Source of the DNA: Vicugna vicugna
Lineage: Eukaryota
Direction of reading: 5' to 3'
NCBI GenBank assembly: GCA_013265495.1
Contig: MU057560.1
Span: 1,066,753-1,130,752 of the forward strand
Length of the DNA: 64,000 bases
A program made the translations under genes and the position numbers. The notes beneath the pieces were generated by a model. The model did no database searches, was not told the DNA's origin, and saw nothing but the letters and a program-made list of their open reading frames with translations. Below are positions 1 through 12,648 of the stretch, piece after piece; the stretch's first letter is position 1, and each line of letters begins with the position of its first letter.

Positions 1-160
1 GCCCGCATCAGACACGCGGGTCTGGCCCAGGCGGCGCGGGCGCGGGGCGGGGCGCGAGTCTGCGGCTGCGCGATGGGAGTGGGGCGAGGGGAGCGGGGCA
101 GATGCATCAGGAGCGGGGAGGGGTGCAACCCCCCGAGATCCGCAGGAGGACTTCCTTTCA
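1..160. promoter_or_regulatory. Edge of a CpG island / GC-rich promoter region (gene lies outside the window)
   Basis: Very high GC and CpG density; GC box GGGGCGGGGC at 44-53; G-tract run at 75-98; abrupt change to AT-rich sequence after about 170. Confidence 0.65.
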
Positions 161-647
161 GCTCCCAGGGTGTGGGCATTTGTTTTGGTGTTCACCCTGT
201 GCGTGTTTCCGCTGAAATTATTCTTGGGGGCTGGTTAAATGTTACAGAATAAAACAATAAACAGGTTCTTCTCCTAAGGAAGGGGGAAAAAAAAAAGAAA
301 CAAAGAAACAAAAGCCGAGTGACCTACCGCGGCTGTATGTAAACTCCGAAGCTGGCTTTCTGTTTGCAGAAGGATCAGCCCGTGAAACTGCTGAAACCGT
401 GCAGAAACCATGAAACACCATTAAATCATGCTGGCCTGCTCTAATGAATGAAAGTCCTAACCCCAGAACCGAGCTGAAGGATTCATGCGTGCCTTGTGAT
501 TAAAATATGAGCCTGCTGCACACTGTGAGAATCCAAAATTAATAAAAATTGGAGACTGCATCAGTTATAAATCTGAGATTATTGCAGAAAATAATGTGAG
601 TGCATTTTATTTGAGAAAAAGATCAAATACTTCTAAACTAAAAAGCA

Positions 648-887
648 AGGGGTGGGAAGGGATAAATTTGGGAGTTTGAAATTTGCAAATGATAGCCACT
701 ATATATAAACATAGATAAAAAACGAATTTCTTCTGTAGAGGAGAACTCTGTTCAATATCTTATAATAACCTTTAATGGAAAATGAGTATGAAAACAAATA
801 TATGTATGTATATGCAGGACTGGGACACTGTGCTGTACACCAGAGAGTGACACATTGTAACTGACGGTGCTTCAATTTAAAAAAAAC
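648..887 (+). mobile_element. Young L1 3' end (camelid/cetartiodactyl type), 5'-truncated
   Basis: gggtgggaagggataaatttgggagttt...ctgtgctgtacaccagagagtgacacattgtaactgac...ttcaattt followed by an A tail; homologous to the copies at 1503, 10160, 26549 and 54748. Confidence 0.85.
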
Positions 888-1502
888 AATAGTAATAGTC
901 CTTTATTTTAATTTGCTACCCAGGGAAAAGGTGAGGAAAATGTTTCCAAGTATTAAAGTAGCTAAAGTTAAAGACTGTGGTTACTCACACACACACAAAA
1001 AAATGCCTTCTATGAGATCACTCAGAGCATTGGCAAAACAGAAGATAAAAAAATCAACAAATGTTATTTATTTATTTGTAATGGTCACATTTGCTTCCCC
1101 AGCAACATCACATGAAATATTCCCTTACATTTGTGTCACCAGAGTAGGACCAGCTTGAAGCAAAGTCACGTTTTTGTAGTAAAACAAGACGTTTCAGACG
1201 TACACACTGCACAGTAGTAAAAAGGAACAATTCTCCATCTCAAGACTCAGACAGGCTATGCTGGGAGTTGAAACATTGCATGCTCCAAAAGCGCATCTGG
1301 TAGTGATTAGGGCGGGGAAGGGGAGCTGCTCATTCTGAGTGTGGATTGTGCTGTCACTATAAATGAGGGACGGGCTGAGAGGTTCCTTCCTTTTCTTTTA
1401 CGCCGAGTTTATAATTCCGTCTTTAAGATATTGATTTATTTCATTGATGCTCACCTGTGAGTGACAGAGCTCTAGATTTCCTGAGAAGCTGCTTATTTGG
1501 CC

Positions 1503-1670
1503 TTTTTTTTTTTAATTGAAGCACCGTCAGCTACACTGTGTCAATGTCTGGTGCACAGCACAGTGTCCCCGTCCTGCATATACATGCACAGATTTGTTTT
1601 CATACTCTTTTTCATTAAAGGTTATTACAAGACATTGAATGTAGTTCTCCGTGCTCTACAGAAGAAACTT
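1503..1670 (-). mobile_element. Young L1 3' end, inverted relative to the 648-887 copy
   Basis: Poly-T head followed by the reverse complement of the same 3' end; degenerate flanking TSD gagaagctgcttatt / gagagctgagttatt. Confidence 0.85.
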
Positions 1671-2569
1671 GGAGAGCTGAGTTATTCCCAAGGCATAGTC
1701 CATGCTTAAAATGTTCTTACTCTGTAAGTGTTCATGGAGCATGAAAATTCAGAAGCAATGAAGGCCACCTCACCCTGGATCTTTCCGTAGCTTCTCTTGG
1801 CAGCCTAAAATGAAATGATGAGAAAGCAACTTCCACGGAAAATCAACTACTTAAATAACTGACAGCTAGAAAAAAATTCAGCTAGTTTAGAAGTTTACAG
1901 GACTCTCCTAATCCTGAGAAATGTGAGCATATTATTCCTGAAATCTGAATTTATTGGAGGATGGTTAACCTTACATTTCCTGAGGAAACAGTGCAGAACT
2001 GGCCTCACATGTTACCTGAGGAGAAATCAGCCCCCTGGAGGAATGCTCAGTGGCTTACTCAGACTTACTGAAAGGAAGGTGCCCAGAAAATACACAATCT
2101 TTTTTGAATCTACCAGAACTTCTATCACTTTTTTTTTAATATTTGTATTATTGCTAAAGGTTTAGTTTTTTCATCTTAAAAAATAGTGCCTCTTTTAATT
2201 TTAATAAAAAAAATAGTCAAGGCATAACGCCATTCGTCCCCTTCTGTACGGCGATGCTGCGTTTTAAATTTCCTTTTAATTTCACATCCTCACTTTCAAA
2301 ATCTTCTTATTCCAGTGAATTTTTCCTCCTACAAAGAAAGCCAGAAAGAGTTAAGAGGGAGTTTTTCTCTAGAAATACAGCCATCAATAAGCCAGAAGCC
2401 CCAGAAATAAGTTCTTCATTTCAATCCCCACGGCACCAGGGCACATTTGTCATCTGTACGTCACGTCCAGGACATGTGAGTAGGTGAGGCTGAACCTCTG
2501 CTCTGCTTCTGGATGGCTGATCAAATCACTCCTTCTGAGCAGGAAAAAAAAAAAGCCTCTCTAACCTTT

Positions 2570-2960
2570 CTACACCTGCTTCTGCTTCTGTAGAGCTTCC
2601 TGAATGCAGCTGCACTTCAGCTGTTCCCCTCACCTCCCACAGGTGAGAGTCAGGCCACAACCACTGTCAGTCATGAGATCTGAGACCATTGCTTGGGGAC
2701 AACAGGTGTCTGCAGGGAACTGCTTTGACTGCAAGGTTGTGACTGCACCCGCCACAGCCACCCCTGTGAGCACAGCCCAGGGTTTAGGGTGTGAGTCGAC
2801 ATCCAGCTTTTGTCTGGTTCTGAATCAGGAGACATTAAAATAAAGCCATCAGGTCTTGCAGACCCAGAAAACTTTGCTCCAGGGCTCTGAACTCCCCCTG
2901 CCTAGCTCTGAGTTCCATCCAGCTTTCTCCTGTACACGTGAAATCTTGCTTCCTGCACAC
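2570..2960. mobile_element. Possible degenerate ERV LTR fragment
   Basis: LTR-like composition (gactgcaaggttg, aataaagcc...ttgctcc); family not resolved. Confidence 0.25.
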
Positions 2961-5069
2961 ACAGTGTTTTGAAAACTACAAGCACCCAAAGAAAAGTATG
3001 CTCTTAAAGTCACGGATCAAGTGTCTGTCATCTTTGCATCATCCCAGCAGAGCATACCCATGAGGGTAACGTGGTCAACGTAAAAGCAGATGTTATGAAA
3101 AAGAGCCGACAGGGCTGTTGCTGTGAGAGGAGCCTGGACGCTCATCTGTTGTGAAGGGTGTCGCTGCAGATCTCTCGGACGACACATCCCCACTGCAAGG
3201 GGAGGACGACTGCAAGCTGGGACCTGAAAAAGCATCGCCAGAGGGCACAGCTCATCTTTTATGACCATCACCGCCATCGTTACAATTTTCATCGCCTTTG
3301 TAGACACTGACAGAATGCCACAACAGAGTGTTTGCACACGTAGCAAAAAGTTACGCTCTTTTTCTTTTACTTTTTGTAAGACTTCGAAATTACAAATATC
3401 TCTTACTAGAAAACATGTTCAGCTGTTGTCAATTTAATCCTGGGGCTGGAATTATTGTCACCTTTGCTGTGTCACTATCTGCAAGAGGGGGACTGAGTAA
3501 AAGGTGACTAACAGCAGTCGTGTCTTCGTATCAGTTGTTAGTGTCACCTGTGTATTCGGTAGCTGAAGTGACCCCCGTGAGAATATTTTTAATACTTTTC
3601 TTAAACATTATTTATAGATTTGCCAACATATTTGCAATGTCTGGGAAATTAAAAACATTTCTGCCAGCCATTCCTTTATGGGGCCACATGCTTTTGCATC
3701 TTGAGGACCAAGTTTTGTCTGGTCAGCTTCCTGATTTAGATGCCAAGTCCTTCATACCAAGCGCTCCGGACATAGATTCTTGGCAGCACGGTTCCATTAA
3801 CGTCACACTTTTTCCTAATCTCCGACTTCTTCTTTGTCATTTACCAGATCTGTGTGTGCGTGTGTGGTGTGCATGTGTGTGTGGCTCTGTGTGCTCTGCA
3901 GTGATTGCTGCCCACATGTGGTAATAGGGTGACTTAGAGTCTTCAGTCTTTCAGGGACATTTGCATTTCAGTAGAAGTTACCAGAATGTTGAAAATAATC
4001 CTAAACTTTCAAAGTTTGGCAATGCTGGAATTTGAATTCCAATGCGGAACTGAAGACAGAATACCTTCTTTATGCTAAAGAGGGCATCTCCCTCGGGCCG
4101 AGTTGTCAGGCCTGTGTGGGCTGTCTTGCAGGGTCGTGCTCTCAGCCAGGCTCACGTTATCACCACGGCTTCTGTTCTACAAACTATAAAGTCCTGTCTG
4201 CACATGTTTGAGACTTTATTTTATATACGCACTGTTACTACATGACAATGACTCTTTGTAGATCTGTGTCACTCATTTCAAGCGAGACAATGCTGGCTTA
4301 GTGATGCTGTGTGGAATCTGTATTCCCTGGTCCTTAGGACTAGCCTTTCAGCCACTGTCACCAGAGCAGGAGAAGGTGTGAATCAGCCGGGTCACGAAGT
4401 GTCCCGAGAACTCAGCGGGGCCTGCAGGACCCGCACACGGGCCGGCTTGGCTTCTGTCCACTGCAGGGTCCCCTTGGCAAGGCTGACGGCAGGGTGCCGG
4501 GGTGGTTCCCCGAGGCTGCGGACTTCACTCTGTGACTGACTCGCCTCAGCCCTGCAGCCCTGGACCCCGAGGCCTTGCTGGGCACAGTATTTTTAACCTC
4601 TTTGGATTAGTTACCAGCCGTAGAAACAGCATCAATTTGGATCTGTGTTTTTGTTTTCCATGGACCATTTCCGAAAGCCGAGGACGCACGCAGCGCAGGC
4701 CGTACGACAGAGGTGAGCTCAGACCGGCCTTTTGGTTCTGGGGGCTCAGGGTCACCGTGGGCGAAGGCTTCAGCCGCTTTCATCGTCCCTTTTATTTTCT
4801 CTTCCAGACCCTGCAGAGTCCTCGGTGCCCACAGCTCCCACAGGAGGCAAGACGGAGCCAGAAGCACCAGGCGACCCGCCGCTCAGCGCGGGGACCTCCG
4901 GGCAGACGTCCTCAGAAGCCGCTTCAAGGAGCCCAGACTCCGGCCCCCACGAAGCTCCTGCCGCTGGCCGAGCACATCATCTTGATCTTTCACCGACATT
5001 TTCTGACACTGAGTGTTTTCATCTGTGAAATATGAAAACCAGGAGGTCATTTCCCACCTCAGGAGGCAC

Positions 5070-5420
5070 CACCGGCTGGGTTCCCTCAAGCGGGTGTGGA
5101 GGTGGAGCTTGGCGGTGGGGATGTTCCTTGGAGGTAAACATCTGGGGTGGGGGTGGGGGAGCAGGATGGGGCAGAGAGAGAAACAAGATGCGGCTCGTCC
5201 GTCCCTACAGGGGCTCTGTAGCAGACACCCCTTGTCACAGTGGCCTCTCAGTGATCCGGGCGTCTATACCGCTCTGCAGCCAGTCTCTGGATGCGGGTGG
5301 TCCTCCGACCCAGGGTCTTGGACGGGGCAGCTCTCGCAGCTGAGGAAAACCCTGAAGGAGCTGGGAGCCAGTCGGCCCCTCTTGGAAGCGGGTCTGGGGG
5401 GCACGCGTCCTGCCCCATAA
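5070..5420 (-). mobile_element. ERVL LTR (LTR16/LTR33-like)
   Basis: gggttccc...ggagcaggatggggcagagagagaa...ccagtctctggatgcgggtgg...ggcagctctc resembles the recalled ERVL LTR consensus. Confidence 0.55.
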
Positions 5421-5529
5421 TAGGAAGGCGGTAATGTGGTGGAAGGACTTTACCCTGGAGACATAAGACGTTTTCTTGATTCTTTCTATCAACATTTGCT
5501 GTCTTCCTGATTTTATATCAATATACAAC

Positions 5530-5835
5530 TAGGATGTATAGGTGGGACACGGAGGGTCTTTAGGGGAGTAAAATTTCTCTGCATGAGACAATGACGGTGG
5601 GCACATGTCACTGTACATTTGACCAAACCCAACACCAAGGATGAGCCCTAACATAAGCAATGAACTTCAGTGAATAATAACTTGTCAACATCAGCACATC
5701 GTTTACAACAAAAGCAGCAAGCACTCCTGCAGGACAGCGATCGCGGACAAAGGTGTGTGTGGGAACACCCTGGTCGCGTGTGCTGTGAACCTAAAATTGC
5801 TCTAAAAATAGAGTCTATAAAAATAATGAAAAAAA
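5530..5835 (+). mobile_element. Old L1M (L1MC/MD-like) 3' end
   Basis: cacatgtcactgtacatttgaccaaaccc...gctgtgaacctaaaattgctctaaaaatagagtctat followed by an A-rich tail. Confidence 0.75.
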
Positions 5836-6529
5836 TAAGGTGTATTTAAATCTGAGAGGCTAAATCCAATTGCGAATACACATTTTGTTGTCTAAGGTAA
5901 GACAGTACACAGCTCTCTGAGAGGGGAAGGCGTTGGTTTCATTTAGGCAGCCTCCTAATTTCATGTGTAATGTCCTCTGGAAAACTTGTGCAAGAGTCAA
6001 ATATATAAAATTCAAATGAGATTAAGGAAACAGACATTATAAATCACCTTTGTGCAAATTAGAAAAGGCACATCTATGCTCAGATGGTGGGGAAAGTTGG
6101 GCCCCCCCTCTCCGGGCAGAAAGCACCGCCTTTTGCAGTCACGGGAGGGGGCCAGGCTGGCACCTTCGTGTGGTGCTCAAACTACAGCCGTGTGGGGCGC
6201 AGACTAAATCATACCCACGCGGTGACTTCAGCATCGCAGGGTGAGTATCCCACAACACTAGGCTTCCGTGTGTCTCCGTCTTCCCTGCTCTGTGGTCCTT
6301 CCTGGGTCCACATCAGCAACATGGTCTCAGGTCAGACAGCAGCCTTGTGGTTACCAGCCCCTGGGCCATTTCTGAACTGCTCATTGTGCGAAGCCTGTAT
6401 TGCTACCCTCATCTCTTACTTCTCCGTTAGGGCTAACCCTCTAACTACTCCAGACCCCCGGTGCGCCCATCCCTCTTCCTCTCATCCTTGTTCTGCACTT
6501 TCTTTCTGGCCTCTCTGAGACGTCGTGGT

Positions 6530-6745
6530 TTGGACATAAGCCACTTCTTTAAAAGCGTCTTTAACTTCATTACACATTCCTTTGACTGTCGTATTTTCTT
6601 GCCAAAGCAGACTCTGCTTAACTATCTTCTTACACCAAGCAGCTGAACATGGCTGGAGAAAACTCTCACAGCCATTTTAATTGTTCTTGCTTGAAATGTA
6701 TAATCACAAACCTGAAAGAAGCACCTGAAGTGCCAGATAAAATCC
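6530..6745 (+). mobile_element. L2 fragment
   Basis: ggctggagaaaactctcacagccat...ataatcacaaacctgaa resembles L2 internal sequence. Confidence 0.45.
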
Positions 6746-8289
6746 ACAACAGCAGAGGAGAACGGGAGGAGGCCGGAGGGGAGCCGGGGGCCCGCCTCTT
6801 CCTTCCGGGACAGTGTGAGCAATGCTCTCTGCTGGCTGGACTCTGATCAGAATGATGCATACATATGACCAAGAAGGAAGACCAGAAAAGCAGGACTTCC
6901 TGAATCTAGAAAGGAAGGAGGACTAATCGCTGGAAGAAACAGCCGGTCGTGCACGGCCAGAGCCAGGCAGAGACGTGAGCTTGGTCAGAACATGCCAAAG
7001 CCTGTCGCTGCTTTGCAGTGACTTCCAGAACCACGAACCTGCCGGGCGGAGAACCATCTGCAGCCCCGCCACGCCCTGCACTTGTGTTTCTCCATCCTCC
7101 TGGACTCTTAGATTCGCTGTGCGCCCGTCATATTTCTCAAATATTTTGGCATCACCTGTCATGGCCCCTGGACAGTTTTCAGTAACAATAAAACTCAGTT
7201 TCAAGTCAAGGATTATGAGTCCGGAAAACATTTGTTGAACATGTGGTTTAAATTATTTTTCCTGTGTCTGGAAAATTAGTAGATTTCTAACCTACAGAGA
7301 GCATAAAGAATATAAGAGTAGGTATTTCTGGGTAAAACTGCAGAAGGAAGTTGCTCCAACATCGTATAACTTATTTGTATAACAGGCTGAAGATATGCCT
7401 TGATATTTAGCAAAACGGGCTGTAAGGTGACAGCTTCTAGATGGAGTATTCCAGAGGATTCTCCTCAGAGCGCTGCCCGCAACAGACCAAGAATACGCTT
7501 CACAGACACGGAAATTAAATTAATTTTGCATGTGTTCATTGAGCAAGATGCCAAAAAATGTATCTCTTCCACTGTAATTCACTTAATAATTTATTTATGT
7601 GATACGGTATTTCAAGATATTTTAATTGACAAAGTGTCATACACTTCATGAAAGAGAAATTAATCAACAATGAAGAGAAAGATAAATCCAAAGAAGGACA
7701 AAGGTGGGAAAATAATCTATAAACATTAAAAAAAGAGAAAGAATAATTTATAAATTATTGGGAAATATTAGCAGAATTAAAGTCATCACTTCGAATATGA
7801 TTTGGACTTACAAGAACTGTTTTCTTGGGTTTTTCTTTACATCCGAAAGTTTCATGGCTTCATCGATACACCCCTCCCAAGGTGTTCCGTAGAGACGCGT
7901 CAGTTACTAATAACGGCTTCGTGGCAGTGACCACGGCGCAGAGCTGCAAGTCGTCCCTTCGGGAATCGGTTCCTGCTATGATGTTCTGCTCTGGGGGAAT
8001 GATTTTCTCCTCTGCCGGAACTCCAACCAGAATGAATCATTTCTGTTTCTGAAGGAGATCACATCTTAAAATTATTTTTGCTGTTAGGGATGGGTGTGAT
8101 TTCTGGAAGCTGCGAAAGGCATTGAGCAAAGACTGCCAGACAGGTTTGCGATTACAGCTGAAGAAAGCAGCCTTGATATTACGGTCCTGGGTCGTGTTGT
8201 GTGGCCAATGAGACGACAGCAGCAGAGAGTCTCAGCGGAAGACTCCAGAAACTTTCGAATGAAAGGCAGCACCTTGCGGGTAAGCGTGT

Positions 8290-8800
8290 AATTTCTTCAG
8301 GTAATTACTTGGAAGAGGAAGAGCTAACCCACAAACGCTGCTATGTTTACTTAAAATCTGCCTCCATGAGTTGCTGCTCCGGATGAAAGAAGGAACAAAG
8401 AGGACCGACCACTGGATCCTGGACCAGGGAAAAGATACAAAACGGACATCAGTGGGAACCATCGAGAAAACTTTAAAACAGACTGAGGATTAGGTAATGT
8501 TCATTTGATTTGCTATTCAATGCCTGAGTCTGATGGTAACTATTTTTTTGGTTCTGAATGAGGATGTCCTTGTTAGGAAATGCACACTGCAGGACTAGGG
8601 GCTGCAATGGGGTAAAATTATTCTCAAACGGTTCAGAAAAGTAGCTTACGTGCATAGACACTTGCACACGTGAGATACTTGTGCATGGGCGGGGATGTGT
8701 ATGTGTATCTGTGTGTATGCGTGAAGGCTGTTTAAGGGCCCCTTGTTCTGTTCTTGCAACTTCAGTGGGTGTGAAATTCTGTCAACATAAAAGATTAAAA
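8290..8800 (+). mobile_element. Old L1M (L1MC4/L1ME-like) 3' end
   Basis: ctggatcctggaccagggaaaa...ggacatcagtggga...gtccttgttaggaaatgcacactg...ttcttgcaactt. Confidence 0.65.
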
Positions 8801-9237
8801 TCCAAACCATAATGACAAGCGGGCTTCGCATGTGAACGTGTATTTGTGTGTGGCTGTGTGTGCACACTGCATGGGTGTAGTTTGATAATGCGAGTCATAC
8901 CTGCTTGTACATAAGATTTGGAAAATAAAAACGAAATCTGCCATCTCAACATTTTCAACCTAACCTGAAGTTTCCTCTAGAATTTTTACAATTGATCAAT
9001 TGTTATATAATTCACACTATGTTTTGCTGTTTTTATAACCTGTACCCAGATTTCTCATTTCGCATTTTTCTTAAGTCCCTTCCTGTGTCACCCAGTCTTA
9101 GTCGTCATCCCGTAAGGTGGCCAAACACTGCACACTTGGGATTTCTCTCTTCATCAAGCTGTCCCCGCACTGCATGCTCTGGCTCAGAGCCTCTGCAGAA
9201 GTCCGACTTGTGCTCTGAAGCCAACACTTCTTGGTGG

Positions 9238-9646
9238 TTGGGATGTCTCATTTTGTGTGTCACCCTAACTAGACTGTGGTGTCAGTTGTCAGGTCAAACG
9301 CTAATCGAGCTGTTGATGTGAAACATTTTGTAGCTGTGATTAACGCTGAGTAGTCAGCAGACCGAGGGAAACAGGTTTCCCTCTAGAACGTGGGTGGGCC
9401 TCATCCAATCAGTTGTGGGCCTGAAGGACAAAGGACCAGATCCCCTGAGGAAGAGGATTTGCCTCTGGGATTCCAGCCTGCTGGTCTGCTCTGCAGATTC
9501 TGGATTTGCCAGCACCCACAGTCTTGTGAGCCAACTTCTTAAAACAAATCTGTCTCCCATATTTATTTATCACATTCATCTCTCTATCTAATCTCTATCC
9601 ATCGAGGCCTCTGGGGTCCTATTTCTCTGGGGAACCCTGAGTATAC
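9238..9646 (+). mobile_element. MLT2-type (ERVL) solo LTR
   Basis: ttttgtgtgtca...gtgggtgggcctcatccaatcagttg...tgtgagccaacttcttaaaacaaatct...tttctctggggaaccctgagtataca. Confidence 0.85.
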
Positions 9647-10159
9647 AAGTCTACACTCCAGGAAGTTGGTTAGCCATTTTCTTCCTCCTATAAAATAGAA
9701 AAGGCAGTGATACTTTCCCCACAGGACTGATACGAGCACACACTGTCCTTTAATGGGCGTTCACGTTACCTGGCTGACCTCACAGCTACAGGATGCTGGC
9801 TCTTCTTCTTAAAGCTGCTTTCATTGTTTGTCCAGTCTGTGAGCTCTTCTTATCACATCAGGATCAGGAACTTCAGCAGAAAAATCTGGAAGAGCAAAGG
9901 AAACAAAAGGAGGTGACTCTCACCTCTGTACAGTTCAGCATCATCTGCCTCTTGAATGACGGGGTTCTGGGAGCCATGTGGGGGCAGGTCTAGATTCTAT
10001 TTCACTGGATCAATATTTAGCATGAATGAGTTGTTTTATTTCATCCCTTTGAACAATCTAGGATCCAGAATAAAAAGTATAATCGTAATATAATGGACTA
10101 TTATGCTTTCTTCAAATCAGGGAATTTCATATTCAGTTTTGTGTTTTGGAGGGAGCTTG

Positions 10160-10466
10160 TTCATTTTATTGAAGTACAGTCAGTTGCAATGTGTCCATTT
10201 CTGGTGCACAGCAGTGTCCCAGCCATGCATATATGTGTGTGTATATATATATATATATGTATTCATTTTCATATTCTTCTTCATTAAGAGTTAGTATAAG
10301 GTATTGAATACAGTTCCCTGTGCTGCACAGAGGAAATCTGTCTTTTACCTGTTTTTATATAGAGAGGTTGTCATTTCATCCTTTGCAAATCTCAAACTCC
10401 CAAATTCATCCCTTCCCACCCCGTTTGCCCCGGTAACCACAAGACTGTTCAACACGTCTGTGAGAT
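10160..10466 (-). mobile_element. Young L1 3' end with an internal (TA)n/(TG)n run
   Basis: attgaagtacagtcagttgcaatgtgtc...ctcaaactcccaaattcatcccttcccaccc is the reverse complement of the same L1 3' end. Confidence 0.85.
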
Positions 10467-10789
10467 CGGATCAGCTTTTTCATGGCCTCCATGCCGGTCT
10501 CTATAAAAAGTGCTTCTGTGCATCCTACGGCCCTAAAGAGAAAATGCCAAACCCACCGCAAGACCTCGCGGGGCCCTGGCCTGCCCCACGCCTGCCTGCA
10601 AGATGCATCGCAGGCCGGGCTCCGTCTGCCTCCTGCCCGACAACCCCTGGGTCACCGCCCAGGTCCTCGGGATTCCTCTGCCAGAGGACGATGTCCCTCC
10701 TTTGCCCCTAATTCCTACCCGTCCCTTCCCCTCCTTTTTCCTCAGGGTAAAACTTGCTGCCGCAGAGCCCTGCTGCCCCTGCTCGGGGG

Positions 10790-10975
10790 GAGCCACGCAC
10801 CTGAGCTTCTCTTTCCCGCACATTTCACGGTTTTAACGCAATCGTGCCGTTTGATATTTACCGTTTCCCCGTCCCGCCAGCCCGTGAGGACGGGGCGTCA
10901 GGGCCCCTGGACCAGGCATCACGTCTGTCCTCTAACAGGCGCTGGACAACGAGACGCTGAACGAGTGAGCGGGGC
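10790..10975 (+). mobile_element. L2 3' end, GC/CpG-enriched
   Basis: ccgtgaggacggggc...gctgaacgagtgagc is a GC-shifted version of the L2 terminus (normally gaatgaatgaat). Confidence 0.4.
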
Positions 10976-11424
10976 AGAGCTCGCGCGCCCCTCCCGGCAC
11001 ACACGGGCTACACTCCAGGGAAGAGCCTGCTTCCTAGACTCTTTACCGGATTGTTTAAACGCTGGCAGTCTCAGCGCCACTGTCCACAAAACTAGTGAGG
11101 AAACCGCTCATGACTTGCAATAGGGTTGTTTCCAGAATCGGTTTAGAACACGCACGTGAGTCACTCCGCATAAAGGCACGTTTTCCTTTGTCATTAGAAG
11201 GGGCAGGAAACCGCCCGTGCGCTGAGTCCCAGGGCGGGGACCGCAGTCTGCAGGAGCCTGGGTGAGGCGCCCGCGCCTAGAGCCTCCTGCAAAGGCAGGC
11301 GGCAAGGGGGATCCACCTGGGGACAGAGCCGCGCGTGGCGGCCACTTCTGGGAGCCTGTCCTTCTGCAATAACAGGGAGTTGGAAGACAGGCAGAATTTG
11401 TAAAATTAGAAAATGTTCCAACTT

Positions 11425-11550
11425 GTTATTTGAAGAAGATATTGATTAGGAACCTATTATGTGCCAAGCCTAGTGCTGAGTGCTGGGCATAGTAAAAGGT
11501 TGGTAGAAAAATAGAGCCGGACCTGGTGAGAACCTCTCCGAGGTCTGACA
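11425..11550 (-). mobile_element. L2 3' end
   Basis: attaggaacctattatgtgccaagcctagtgctgagtgctggg. Confidence 0.6.
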
Positions 11551-11919
11551 CTGCACTGAGGAAGCGACAAGCGTCGGGCTTCCCTGGGGGAGACGTTCGC
11601 CAGGGCCTTCTCTGAAGCACCCCACTGAATAAAACAGGGAACAGGGTTCTTCACTTTTAGTACAAAGCAGCTCACGGACACCGCAGTAACTTCACTCACC
11701 AACTACTGGGTTTCCTAGGACGCATCTCATTCTTCTGAAATGCATTTGTATCATGTGAAGCAAAGGCTTTCTACACTTGGACTGTACAAGCATATATAAA
11801 AATAATACAGGACACTGAAAACGTGATTTCAAACTTTGTATAATCCAGTGATTTCACCAGAAACAAATCTGAATCCAATTTGAATTCTTATTTTTAAAAA
11901 CTGTAAGTCCTTTGTTCTT

Positions 11920-12165
11920 CTAAAGGTTACATTAAACCTATAGATAGCCTTCAGGAAAATTGACAATTTTGTTTCCTCTTTCCATAGACGAACACAGAAT
12001 GTCTCTCCATCATTGTCTTCTTTGATCCTTTTCATTAGTTTTCTGCCTTATGTATCCTGCATGTGTTTTGTTAAATTTATGCCTAAGTATTTCATTATTT
12101 AAAGACACCATACCTGGAATTCTTTTTAAAATTTTGGTTTCCAAATAGTTCCTTTGCCAACGAAA
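11920..12165 (-). mobile_element. L1 ORF2 fragment
   Basis: ttacattaaacctatagatagcc...ttgttaaatttatgcctaagtatttcat; ORF 11829..12035 carries the L1-like KAIYRFN. Confidence 0.7.
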
Positions 12166-12445
12166 TGGAAATCAATACACTGGGTGGTTTATAAAATCCT
12201 TCTATAAAAATATTGTTCCCAGGAGTGAACGCTGACCTCGGTGATACAGTTCACTTGCTTTCTGGTGAAGGTTCCTTATCTCACTGCAAACCTGAGAGAA
12301 ATGGCTTGCAGGACACACTTTGCAAAACACTCCTTTAAAGTCAAATGTTGTTATTTTGAGACCGTTGCAACAGTTACCCTTCATATTAATCATATAAGCT
12401 AATTGTATCTGTTTATTTTTTTACTGTATAAATTACTCTCTGAAA

Positions 12446-12648
12446 GAGTGAATCCTTGAACAACAGGGGGGTTACAAGTGCTAACTTTTTGTGCCGTTGA
12501 AAATCCCTGTAAGACCTCACAGTTGGCCTTCCATATCCTCGGTTCTGCATCCTGGAAATTCAACCAATCCCAGATCTGTCTTATTGAAAAAAATCCATGT
12601 GTACGTGAACCTGCACAGTTCAAACCTGTGTTGTCCAAGGGTCAACTA
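12446..12648 (-). mobile_element. MER8-like Tigger2-family MITE
   Basis: Terminal inverted repeats gagtgaatccttgaacaaca / tgttgtccaagggtcaacta, followed by TA at 12649-12650. Confidence 0.8.

Noticed and set aside
4309..5420. Cluster of overlapping ORFs on both strands
   Set aside because: Expected in GC-rich tracts; part of it lies in an ERVL LTR; no recognisable protein family
10304..11123. 213-aa and overlapping ORFs
   Set aside because: GC-rich, stop-poor sequence overlapping L1 and L2 fragments; low-complexity P/R/A composition
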